64,000 bases of DNA from a virus: IMG/VR virus record IMGVR_UViG_3300045988_105168, positions 50,766-114,765 of that record, one strand, 5' to 3'. Shown here piece after piece: positions 26,803-34,001 of this stretch. Made by a program: the position numbers and the translations under genes. How positions within the stretch are numbered: position 1 is the first letter of the stretch; the number at the start of each line of letters is the position of its first letter. The notes beneath the pieces were generated by a model, which saw only the letters and a list, made by a program, of their open reading frames with translations, did no database searches and had not been told where the DNA came from.

Positions 26803-27055
26803 TTTCTGCGCAATCTACAAATAGTTCATACGTTTCTTCATAAAGCATTTTATATCTGTTGGCTTCATATATCCAATAATCACGTGCCTTCTCTAAATCA
26901 ACAATTTCTTGGTTGTTTGTTTCAATAACTCCTACAAGGTCATCTGAAATAACCATAAGCATCCAACTAAATAAAATAAGCATTACCGATAAACACAAAC
27001 CAGCAACCATTCCTGTAAAATATACAGCCTCTCTTTTTCTTCCAAATTCATCCAT
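26768..27055 (-). CDS. small membrane protein
   Basis: TM helix AVYFTGMVAGLCLSVMLILFSWMLMVI. Confidence 0.6.
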   Translation of the reverse strand: MDEFGRKREAVYFTGMVAGLCLSVMLILFSWMLMVISDDLVGVIETNNQEIVDLEKARDYWIYEANRYKMLYEETYELFVDCAENGGAACDQPGA

Positions 27056-27056
27056 A

Positions 27057-27299
27057 CTATTTACCTCCCATATAAAAGTCTAACGCAAACGCACGAACAA
27101 TCTGTATTTCAGGATTACGGTTGTGTTTTAGTTCGTCATCATATGTTTGCAAATAATAATCTAACTTATTATCTATACTGGCGTTTTTGTTAATAATAAA
27201 TTCGGTATCTTTTTGACCAGGTATAGTTATTTCAACTCCAACGTCCGCTTTATTTTTCTTAGCGTCCATAAAGATAATTGTCAATTCCTTCTTCGTCAT
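27057..27299 (-). CDS. hypothetical protein (start uncertain)
   Basis: Co-oriented; overlaps the upstream ORF by 41 nt. Confidence 0.5.
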   Translation of the reverse strand: MTKKELTIIFMDAKKNKADVGVEITIPGQKDTEFIINKNASIDNKLDYYLQTYDDELKHNRNPEIQIVRAFALDFYMGGK

Positions 27300-27522
27300 A
27301 ATCTTCCTCCTCTACATCATCAAACATTCCCAAACGATAATCGTCGTAAATAGCATCAACATCTTCTTCATACACATCTACAAGCTCTACATCTACAACT
27401 TCTTCGTCTCTAGTATCAATAAGACTATTTTCTTCGGCTAATTCATAAGCGTCTTCTTTATTAGTAGCAGACACTTTAATATATTGCTCCTTGGTTACTT
27501 TAAATAAATATTCTTTTATCAT
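27259..27522 (-). CDS. hypothetical highly acidic protein
   Basis: Co-oriented; D/E-rich. Confidence 0.6.
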   Translation of the reverse strand: MIKEYLFKVTKEQYIKVSATNKEDAYELAEENSLIDTRDEEVVDVELVDVYEEDVDAIYDDYRLGMFDDVEEEDYDEEGIDNYLYGR

Positions 27523-28067
27523 ACTTCTTCCATCTCCTCAAAATCAGATTGTTTAACTTTAGAAAGAAATAATCTTACACCACAGATAGTTAAATCTATA
27601 TTGGTTGCTAATGCCTTTGCAACAATTTCTGCAAAATTATCATCCTCGTCCTCATCAACAATAGCGCCAATTTCATATAATACTGGTTTTACGTGGTTAT
27701 AAATCATATCGTCTAGCGTTTCGCCATCCTCAATAGCTTCAACGTCTGTAAAATCTCCATAATCTACACATAAGCAAAGTAGGTCTGGGTCACTTAGGAA
27801 ATAATCAATAGTTTCTCTCATATCTTCTTCGCCATTTTCTTCTAATAATTTTTGTTCAAATGTTTGCATTTCTAACTCTACAGTTAAATCATCATCTTGC
27901 GGTTTCACATCAAAACATTTTGAGTTCCAAATAAACACACTCTTACCATCGCCCTTTGGCATAATCTCAATCGATACTAAAACACCACAATCATATGTTT
28001 TAGCAATTTCATAATTACTTTCATAATATCTGTCAATAAAACTTTCAACTAATCTTTTTGTTCTCAT
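27519..28067 (-). CDS. hypothetical highly acidic protein (182 aa)
   Basis: AGGAGGATAA SD. D/E-rich throughout, so a DNA-mimic candidate by composition only. Confidence 0.6.
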   Translation of the reverse strand: MRTKRLVESFIDRYYESNYEIAKTYDCGVLVSIEIMPKGDGKSVFIWNSKCFDVKPQDDDLTVELEMQTFEQKLLEENGEEDMRETIDYFLSDPDLLCLCVDYGDFTDVEAIEDGETLDDMIYNHVKPVLYEIGAIVDEDEDDNFAEIVAKALATNIDLTICGVRLFLSKVKQSDFEEMEEV

Positions 28068-28076
28068 ATTATCCTC

Positions 28077-28265
28077 CTATTCCCATTCAAATGTAACGTT
28101 GTTACCTTCTCCTAATAACGTCCAATTTCTATCTGGAGAAACCTTACATTCTGGGCACTCTGTCTTTAGTAATTTTTTCATCTTTTCTTTTTCTACAAAT
28201 ATTAAGTGTCCGCACTTTTTACACTCAAACACTAAACAATTAAACTTTACTTTTTTGGCTGTCAT
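28077..28265 (-). CDS. zinc-ribbon miniprotein
   Basis: CKKCGH...CPECK. Confidence 0.6.
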   Translation of the reverse strand: MTAKKVKFNCLVFECKKCGHLIFVEKEKMKKLLKTECPECKVSPDRNWTLLGEGNNVTFEWE

Positions 28266-28546
28266 TCACACACCTTCTTCACACTGTTAACTTTAAACGC
28301 TTCAGAGCTATTTCCGCAATATAAAGTCCCATATCTTGATAAACACTCTTGAGCTATACCAGTATTACCGTTATAATCAACATATTCATAATGACATACT
28401 GGCGGCTTATACTCTTTTATATATGTTATGATACCACCTATAAATTTAAAACCTAAAACAATGGCAGCTATAAGAAGAACCCCTGTTATAAGTACACCAA
28501 TAAACTCTAATACAGCCTGTACTTTATTCCAATATTTATTTCCCAC
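28262..28546 (-). CDS. small membrane protein
   Basis: TM helix VLEFIGVLITGVLLIAAIVLGFKFIGGII. Confidence 0.6.
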   Translation of the reverse strand: MGNKYWNKVQAVLEFIGVLITGVLLIAAIVLGFKFIGGIITYIKEYKPPVCHYEYVDYNGNTGIAQECLSRYGTLYCGNSSEAFKVNSVKKVCE

Positions 28547-28802
28547 TAAATATTACTCCTTCATCAATTAAAGTAAATTCGTGAATTTCCATTCTTTTCT
28601 TTAAATCGTCAAGATACGACTGAATATCTTGCTCTGTATATCGGCGGTCTCTATTACAATACATATCCCACGGTAAAGCCTTACGGCTTGTCGCGTGTTG
28701 AAATGCTTTCTTGGCTCCAGCTGGCGTGTCATAAAAAGGAACATTTTGTTTATAAGAAACCTTATATAATTCGCCGTCTTTATATAATGCATATAATTTC
28801 AT
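28536..28802 (-). CDS. hypothetical protein
   Basis: Start moved to ATG 28802 (TAGGAGGTT SD). Confidence 0.6.
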   Translation of the reverse strand: MKLYALYKDGELYKVSYKQNVPFYDTPAGAKKAFQHATSRKALPWDMYCNRDRRYTEQDIQSYLDDLKKRMEIHEFTLIDEGVIFSGK

Positions 28803-28804
28803 AA

Positions 28805-29095
28805 TTAACCTCCTATCACCCAACATTTAAACGCACCCTTATCATCAGGTTCGCACTCTAAGAATAATTGCATTGAGCCGTCCTCGTAACCCATAATCTC
28901 TTCCCAGTCGCCGTCGTCAATAACTTCTTGTTTGGTCTTGTATCTATACCACGTTACAAAAGGTTCCCAGTCATCAAGTTCGCGGTCGTAATTTGATTTA
29001 TACTCGGCAATGGCAGCTTCCTTTGTATAATTATTGTAATTGAAGGCCATACCCTCATCACCAAGAAGTAGAAAATCAGCTGTTACTTTCGCCAT
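28805..29095 (-). CDS. hypothetical protein
   Basis: Co-oriented and tightly packed. Confidence 0.6.
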   Translation of the reverse strand: MAKVTADFLLLGDEGMAFNYNNYTKEAAIAEYKSNYDRELDDWEPFVTWYRYKTKQEVIDDGDWEEIMGYEDGSMQLFLECEPDDKGAFKCWVIGG

Positions 29096-29417
29096 TTAAA
29101 CCATCCCATAATATAGACTTTGCCTTCTCAACATTTCCAAACTCTAATTCTTTTAAAGCGACGTTTATCCTTTTTAAAAGTGCGTCCGTCGTTTCCGCCA
29201 TAGCTTTCTGATTACTAATTAACGCCTCGTTCGTCTCTGCCAACTCACGCAGACATTCTTCCATCGCGGCAAGTAATTTATATGTCCCGCCACTTCCACG
29301 TCCGCCATAATAAATTTGTATAGGCGCGGCCTCTTTACGCATACAGGCTTTAATGTGGTCTTTGATTTCTTGTATAGTCGGTTCTAACTCTTCAATTCTT
29401 TCTACGCCAATCTCCAT
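29076..29417 (-). CDS. hypothetical protein
   Basis: Start moved to ATG 29417 (GAGAGGTGA SD). Confidence 0.6.
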   Translation of the reverse strand: MEIGVERIEELEPTIQEIKDHIKACMRKEAAPIQIYYGGRGSGGTYKLLAAMEECLRELAETNEALISNQKAMAETTDALLKRINVALKELEFGNVEKAKSILWDGLNGESNS

Positions 29418-29421
29418 AGTA

Positions 29422-29724
29422 TCACCTCTCAAATATTATATTTTTAAACTTATGCCCAGGCAGCCAAGGTGGCAACATCATTATTGGATGCACGTATATA
29501 TTTAAACCATCTGGCGTCTCAATTCGGCGCTGGTTCTTACTTATCTTCGACTCTAAACAGCCACGGGCAATATCTGAGAACACTTCATCAGCTGCCTTGG
29601 CCGTTGAACATATATACAACACATCTTTGGCCGCGCTGTCCTTACGCGACATTATATTGTAAAAATGTGTAAATGCTTCCTGTGACGTTTCTGCTAGGGC
29701 ACGCACCTCATTAAATAAAACCAT
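29422..29724 (-). CDS. hypothetical protein
   Basis: Co-oriented and tightly packed. Confidence 0.6.
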   Translation of the reverse strand: MVLFNEVRALAETSQEAFTHFYNIMSRKDSAAKDVLYICSTAKAADEVFSDIARGCLESKISKNQRRIETPDGLNIYVHPIMMLPPWLPGHKFKNIIFER

Positions 29725-29954
29725 TATTGTGACGAACCCTCCTTATATTCAGCCAGCTTTCTTTCTGCCTGTTCTCGCTTCGTCTTTTGAACGAGCTCGA
29801 TATTCTTCGTAAGATTTTCGGGTGTAAATGTGGCTGCCACATCTTCATTAGTTATGACGCCTTTAGCAATCAGCAACTCTAATATCAACATATCCCTAGC
29901 AATAAATTCATCTGAGTTAGAGTAGCCCTTAAATAATTCATCAAAATCAAACAT
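29724..29954 (-). CDS. hypothetical protein
   Basis: Start moved to ATG 29954 (GGGAGGT SD). Confidence 0.6.
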   Translation of the reverse strand: MFDFDELFKGYSNSDEFIARDMLILELLIAKGVITNEDVAATFTPENLTKNIELVQKTKREQAERKLAEYKEGSSQ

Positions 29955-29955
29955 A

Positions 29956-30156
29956 TTAATACCTCCCAATTAATTGATAGTTGGTTACGCCAACATTCGT
30001 AATTCCTTCGTTAGTTTCCATAATATAATTTTGAAGCTCCTTAATATCATCAACGGTCTTAATCTTGCGTTTTAACTCTAATGTTATAATTCCAGTGCCG
30101 CCCTTAAATATATAAGCCACTAAGTAATGATAAAACCTCTTCTTTCTCTTAAACAT
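29956..30156 (-). CDS. hypothetical protein
   Basis: Start moved to ATG 30156 (GGAGGTTGG SD; TAATG overlap). Confidence 0.55.
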   Translation of the reverse strand: MFKRKKRFYHYLVAYIFKGGTGIITLELKRKIKTVDDIKELQNYIMETNEGITNVGVTNYQLIGRY

Positions 30157-30434
30157 TAATACGTCCAACCTCCAAACGCCCAATGGGCAACAATTTCATC
30201 GCAGTCTTCACAAACTACATCAAATTCACACAAGCAACCATCTGGAATATTATCTCCTCCAAAATCCCGATTAGCTTCCTTCAAGTGTTGGCCGTCACAA
30301 TGCGGACAACGTACTGGTGTACCGTCATAATCAATGTAGCCATCATCAACCAATCTAGTTACCATATCTTCATATACGGCATCGTTTAAAGCATCTAACT
30401 CAAAATCCCCACTGAATTCAAATAACTCTTCCAT
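30156..30434 (-). CDS. acidic zinc-ribbon protein, first gene of the minus-strand block
   Basis: CPHCDG...CEDCD. TAGGAGAATAAG SD. Promoter lies immediately upstream. Confidence 0.6.
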   Translation of the reverse strand: MEELFEFSGDFELDALNDAVYEDMVTRLVDDGYIDYDGTPVRCPHCDGQHLKEANRDFGGDNIPDGCLCEFDVVCEDCDEIVAHWAFGGWTY

Positions 30435-30459
30435 ATCTTATTCTCCTATCTTTATATAT

Positions 30460-30488
30460 ATGATACCATATTATATTACATATGTCAA
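30460..30488 (-). promoter_or_regulatory. sigmaA-type promoter (TTGACA-17-TGgTATCAT)
   Basis: -35 is the reverse complement of 30483-30488. -10 is the reverse complement of 30460-30465. Confidence 0.7.
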
Positions 30489-30507
30489 TAAAGTTTTCGC
30501 AAAAAGC

Positions 30508-30536
30508 TTGACAGATTTCCTAAATAGTAGTATAGT
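30508..30536 (+). promoter_or_regulatory. sigmaA-type promoter (TTGACA-17-TATAGT)
   Basis: -35 at 30508-30513, -10 at 30531-30536. Divergent from the promoter at 30460-30488. Confidence 0.65.
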
Positions 30537-30575
30537 ATATACATCAAAGGCGCATAATAGAGTAAGGAGGGAATT

Positions 30576-30686
30576 ATGTTTAATTTATTATTAAGTATGT
30601 TATGTTGGAATGCCTTTAAGGCAACACCTGAGAGCAATGCAAAAAGGAGACGTTATAACTTATCTACCAATTTCAGTAGACGTTAA
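30576..30686 (+). CDS. 36-aa peptide MFNLLLSMLCWNAFKATPESNAKRRRYNLSTNFSRR (below the ORF-track cutoff)
   Basis: TAAGGAGGG SD 5 nt upstream of the ATG. Own promoter, and a hairpin plus T9 right after the stop. Confidence 0.4.
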   Translation: MFNLLLSMLCWNAFKATPESNAKRRRYNLSTNFSRR

Positions 30687-30700
30687 GCGTCTTTTTTTTT
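30678..30700 (+). terminator. short hairpin plus T-run (terminator or attenuator)
   Basis: AGACG-TTAAG-CGTCT followed by TTTTTTTTT. The stem is only 5 bp. Confidence 0.45.
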
Positions 30701-31509
30701 GTTGTAATGCCGACAACAGTTCTATACTAAATCATAAAAGCAGGCATTACACTGTTGTGACGAACCCGCGGTTTGCAAGGTTTGGTTTTCCCTATGGCAG
30801 AACTATGGCTGTCCTATTGCTTTTTTATATATTCTATACTCTCTTATTCTTTAAGGACTACCCTTTTTAGCCCTTATAAATAAAGGCCTTTTAGAGCATA
30901 TGGTGCAAAAAAATTTTAAAATTGAACCAAATGCGTCTTAGAGGTCTAAAAATGGTTTGCTATGGCAGCCTATAATGTATTAATAAGTAGGTGTGTATAA
31001 TAAGTTGCCATAGAGTCTAGTCTATAAGCTAAGACTGCCTATATACGAGCAAAGGCTACTAAGAGTCCTCGCGTCCCAAGTATTATTGTAAAGACTACCC
31101 CTACTAAATGTAAAAATGTAAAGAAAGCCATTATTTGTAAAGGAATTTTGGCTGTCCGTGTGTTCAGATGAGACGTATGTCTCTTTTTTGTTTAGTGGCT
31201 GTATAAGGTAAGACAAGTGCTGCCTGTGTGTGAGGGAAGATTTCCTGGCAGTGTAAAGAGTAAGGAAGACTTTTTGGCTGGAAAAGTGTGATTTTCTGGG
31301 GGTTTTGGGCTGGAAAAATGTGAGAGCTGTGTGTTGACGTGGGAGATGGGTGTAGTTGCGTGACTACGTGGATGAGTGGAAATTCGTAAGGCGGCCTTCC
31401 GAAAAGAGCAGCTACATTATAAAGTGGGGGTTTTTTGCCTTTTTAATTGTAAAATACCCCCATAATGTAGTATAAATGTATATTTTAACCACATAAACCA
31501 CCAAACCAC
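30701..31509. other. ORF-free, GC-richer, repeat-word-rich region (candidate genome terminus / pac-cos / origin / ncRNA locus)
   Basis: No SD-preceded ORF on either strand. About 40% or more GC by eye against ~30% in the flanks. Recurring words: CTATGGCAG (twice, plus an inverted copy), GGCTGTCC (twice), GGCTGGAAAA[AG]TGTGA (twice, at 31276 and 31308), [AG]GACTACCC (twice), TGTAAAG (at least 4 times). Orphan hairpin plus T6 at 31170-31189. Confidence 0.5.
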
Positions 31510-31543
31510 CAAAAAAAGCCGACTACTTAACAAGTAGCCGACT
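31510..31543 (-). terminator. intrinsic terminator of the AT-rich island genes
   Basis: In the minus-strand RNA, AGUCGGCUACUU-GUU-AAGUAGUCGGCU forms a 12-bp stem with 2 G-U pairs, followed by U7. The G-U pairs make it strand-specific. Confidence 0.65.
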
Positions 31544-31559
31544 TCACAAGTATTTTTTT

Positions 31560-32141
31560 TTATGCTGTTATCTCTTCAAGTGTTATTTTATCACTAATTA
31601 AAATATAATCTTGATAATCTTTTAACCTCTTTTCATAATGTTTAAAACTTTTATATATAATATTATCTATTGTTTTTATACTTGCTTTTATCTCTTCTTT
31701 TATCTCTTCTTTTTTATCATATTGTTTAATTAGTTTATAATCAATTATTTTATTATCTTGTTTTATAACCTTATATAAATTATAATATTTTATATAATGT
31801 AAATAGATGCTATTATTATTTTTTAAATCAAATATAGCGAGTTGCTTGTTATCTCTTCCAACTTCTAACGCTTCCAAATAATCTATAATATGTATAGATA
31901 TATCAATATACATTATATCATTATCAACCCATAAACCAATATAAACATTATCAATATTTTTTATTTTTTCTTTTTTCTTTTCTATCTCTTTTTTAATCTC
32001 TTCTATATTGTTTATATCTGTTTTTATCTCTTCCCCGTATAAACTAACCATAAAACCATTATTATATGATATATTATTATAGTTTTTGTCTAGTGTAGCC
32101 CCCTTGTTTTCTATTATTTCAATTATTTTTTTATTATCCAT
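31560..32141 (-). CDS. hypothetical Lys/Asn/Ile-rich protein (193 aa) in a very AT-rich island
   Basis: About 20% GC by eye. AAAGGAACGG SD-like upstream. No family recognised. Confidence 0.6.
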   Translation of the reverse strand: MDNKKIIEIIENKGATLDKNYNNISYNNGFMVSLYGEEIKTDINNIEEIKKEIEKKKEKIKNIDNVYIGLWVDNDIMYIDISIHIIDYLEALEVGRDNKQLAIFDLKNNNSIYLHYIKYYNLYKVIKQDNKIIDYKLIKQYDKKEEIKEEIKASIKTIDNIIYKSFKHYEKRLKDYQDYILISDKITLEEITA

Positions 32142-32236
32142 TTTTTACCGTTCCTTTACTTTTCTATTATATTTTTTTAACCTTAACCCCTTATATTCTT
32201 ATTATATGTAATATATCTTTTTTTATACTCTTTTTT

Positions 32237-32479
32237 TTACTCTTCCCCCTCTTCCTCTTCTCTTTTTACTATTGCTTTTATATTCTTTTTAATTAATGAT
32301 ATAAAAGCCGTAAACATTATATAATTAATAATATCACTATTAAAATATAAGTTAACTCCATCACTAGCCATTAAGTTAAGCCCATATAATAGAGCCATAA
32401 AGCCACCTAATAAAGCCATAAACCCCACATATAAAACCCACTTTTTAAATCTCCATTTTTTAATTTTTTTTACTTTCAT
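32237..32479 (-). CDS. small two-TM membrane protein in the AT-rich island
   Basis: TM segments WVLYVGFMALLGGFMALLYGL and IINYIMFTAFISLI. AAAGAGG SD. Confidence 0.6.
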   Translation of the reverse strand: MKVKKIKKWRFKKWVLYVGFMALLGGFMALLYGLNLMASDGVNLYFNSDIINYIMFTAFISLIKKNIKAIVKREEEEGEE

Positions 32480-32496
32480 TTTTTTAACCTCTTTTC

Positions 32497-32531
32497 TAGT
32501 TAAGGACTTTTTTATTATCTCCCCTTAACTA
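32497..32531 (-). other. 9-bp-stem hairpin in the 5' UTR of the membrane-protein gene
   Basis: TAGTTAAGG (32497-32505) pairs with CCTTAACTA (32523-32531) around a 17-nt loop. It sits between the promoter and the SD. Confidence 0.4.
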
Positions 32532-32536
32532 ATATA

Positions 32537-32565
32537 ATTATATCAAATAAAAAAAAATAATACAA
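32537..32565 (-). promoter_or_regulatory. sigmaA-type promoter (TTGTAT-17-TGaTATAAT) for the AT-rich island
   Basis: -10 is the reverse complement of 32537-32542. -35 is the reverse complement of 32560-32565. Confidence 0.55.
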
Positions 32566-32637
32566 GCATTTTTTTACATTTTAACATTATTTTTTTACAT
32601 TTTACATTTTTTTGTAAAGTGCTTTTTTTTTGCCTTG

Positions 32638-32670
32638 TTTTTCTACTATATAAAAAAGCCGTGCTATAAT
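32638..32670 (+). promoter_or_regulatory. phage promoter module P0 (TTCTAC box + 18 nt + TGcTATAAT)
   Basis: TTCTAC at 32641-32646; -10 at 32665-32670. Same architecture as 10 further copies. Reads into an ORF-free repeat region. Confidence 0.65.
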
Positions 32671-32727
32671 GTTTATAGATAAAAAAAGCAAGTATAAAAA
32701 AGCCGTTTTTATCATATAATATTAATA

Positions 32728-32763
32728 GAGCCGACACGAGCCACGAGCCGAACGAGCCGACAC
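32728..32763. repeat. four tandem GAGCC(N2-5)C units
   Basis: GAGCCGACAC, GAGCCAC, GAGCCGAAC, GAGCCGACAC. Confidence 0.8.
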
Positions 32764-32832
32764 GAACGAATGTTCACACGAACAAGTGTTTGTCAACCAA
32801 AAAAGGTTGACAGACTAACACGAACGAATGTT
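32760..32832. repeat. 15-bp direct repeat ACACGAACGAATGTT (2 copies) flanking an 8-bp-arm palindrome
   Basis: Repeat copies at 32760-32774 and 32818-32832. Palindrome TGTCAACC-AAAAAA-GGTTGACA at 32791-32812. Confidence 0.8.
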
Positions 32833-32844
32833 TGACACGAATAC

Positions 32845-32960
32845 ATAACACGGCATAGAGTTTTTGTGGGGAATTTTGCACGAGAGCATAACACGGCATA
32901 AAAAAGTTGTGGGGGAAATCGGCAGAATATAACACGAATTTAAAAAATCGTGGGGAAATT
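32845..32960. repeat. three ~42-bp direct repeats of the bipartite motif ATAACACG-N13-GTGGGG(G)AA
   Basis: ATAACACG at 32845, 32888 and 32929. GTGGGG at 32866, 32909 and 32950. The internal offset is 21 nt in all three. Lies immediately upstream of P1. Confidence 0.8.
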
Positions 32961-32966
32961 TCAAAA

Positions 32967-32999
32967 TTTTTCTACTATATGCAATTTATATGGTATAAT
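32967..32999 (+). promoter_or_regulatory. phage promoter module P1 (TTCTAC + 18 + TGgTATAAT)
   Basis: TTCTAC at 32970-32975; -10 at 32994-32999. Confidence 0.7.
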
Positions 33000-33058
33000 T
33001 AAAGCAGAAAAGGACATAATATAAGTAGAGCAACAAAAAAATAAAAAAAAGTTAAAAA

Positions 33059-33091
33059 AATTTCTACTATATCAAAAAGTTGTGGTATACT
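33059..33091 (+). promoter_or_regulatory. phage promoter module P2 (TTCTAC + 18 + TGgTATACT)
   Basis: TTCTAC at 33062-33067; -10 at 33086-33091. Confidence 0.65.
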
Positions 33092-33124
33092 AGAAGTGTA
33101 AAAAGCAAGGAAGAGGTGTTAAAA

Positions 33125-33340
33125 TTGTATAAAAACGAGATTAAAAAAGAATTACAAGCCATTTATAATAGCAATAAAAACATTGATAATGAATTAGTGA
33201 ATATTAAGGTTGCTATACATAATTTGGAGAAATTAGGTTGTAATACAAAAGACCTTGAAAAAATGCTTGATAACATTGGAATTGAATTTTATAAATTTAA
33301 AGTTGAGAATAAAGAAGTATTAAAGAATTGGAGAGTGTAA
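33125..33340 (+). CDS. hypothetical protein (first early-arm gene)
   Basis: Start moved to TTG 33125 (AAGGAAGAGG SD), because the track start at 33080 lies inside the P2 -10 region. Confidence 0.55.
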   Translation: MYKNEIKKELQAIYNSNKNIDNELVNIKVAIHNLEKLGCNTKDLEKMLDNIGIEFYKFKVENKEVLKNWRV

Positions 33341-33343
33341 ACT

Positions 33344-33628
33344 ATGAATAATAAAGAATATAGAACAAACTATGCTAAAAAATATAAATTAGAATTTGAG
33401 GACTATAACGGGTGGTGTAATAGGGACACTTGGTTAGTTATGCTATGGTTGAATAACGACCAAAACAACTACGAGGGTATAACAAGAATTATTAATAACA
33501 CGCACGAGTTAAAAGATTTGAGTGATATGCAATTATACGGCATTTTAAAAGACTTTCACTATGGGGACAAAATCAATTTTAATAGGGTTGATTTGGACGA
33601 GGTTAGATTTGGTTTAACTGAAAATTAA
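33344..33628 (+). CDS. hypothetical protein
   Basis: GGAGAG SD; co-oriented. Confidence 0.7.
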   Translation: MNNKEYRTNYAKKYKLEFEDYNGWCNRDTWLVMLWLNNDQNNYEGITRIINNTHELKDLSDMQLYGILKDFHYGDKINFNRVDLDEVRFGLTEN

Positions 33629-33646
33629 GCCAAAATCTAGCAGAAC

Positions 33647-33725
33647 GGAAAGAAATCACACACTATAAGGTTTTTGAAATACCTATAACGGAAAGCAATG
33701 GAAAGAAATCACGGAATATAAGGTT
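33647..33725. repeat. two 26-bp direct repeats GGAAAGAAATCAC..A.TATAAGGTT in a GGA-rich ORF-free gap
   Basis: Copies at 33647-33672 and 33700-33725 (period 53). The gap 33629-33781 has at least 7 GGA motifs and no promoter box. Confidence 0.75.
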
Positions 33726-33781
33726 ATGGAAAGCAGAGCCATAACACGAGCCGTGAAAAAGAACGGAAACGAGGGAAAATT

Positions 33782-33988
33782 ATGTTTGAAGATAAAAAAA
33801 TCACTATTGAAAAAGTAAAAGATTTAATTTATGCACTACAAAATGAATTTGATAATGAATTGGACTATGATTATACGAGTGAATATAAGGCAGAATTTAC
33901 GGAAACGGACTTTAATATTATGCTTGAATTTTTAGAAAGATTTGTTGGAAAATTTGAATTATCTATTGTAGAAGAATTAGAAGATTAA
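33782..33988 (+). CDS. hypothetical acidic protein
   Basis: GAGGGA SD. Confidence 0.7.
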   Translation: MFEDKKITIEKVKDLIYALQNEFDNELDYDYTSEYKAEFTETDFNIMLEFLERFVGKFELSIVEELED

Positions 33989-34001
33989 GAGGTGGAAAAC
34001 T

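Noticed and set aside
30610-30870. 86-aa plus-strand ORF in the ORF-free block.
   Set aside because: It has no SD, overlaps the SD-preceded 36-codon ORF in another frame, reads straight through the hairpin/T9 element, and its product is low-complexity.
31022-31216. 64-aa minus-strand ORF in the ORF-free block.
   Set aside because: It has no SD or promoter, its composition is atypical, and it is isolated from any operon.
31512-32706. AAAAAAGCCG 10-mers at 31512, 32652 and 32697 as att-like or target-site duplications flanking the AT-rich island.
   Set aside because: The left copy is simply the U-tract and stem base of the island's terminator. The motif is A-rich and short, and there is no recombinase inside the island.
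32543-32737. 64-aa minus-strand ORF upstream of the AT-rich island.
   Set aside because: It spans the P0 promoter and the minus-strand promoter region. The product is a poly-K/F low-complexity sequence with no SD.
32845-32960. Possible mini-CRISPR array (three ~42-bp repeats).
   Set aside because: There are only three units. The conserved parts are two short boxes separated by 13 variable nt, not a 25-40-bp repeat with unique spacers. No cas genes or leader-like organisation are present.
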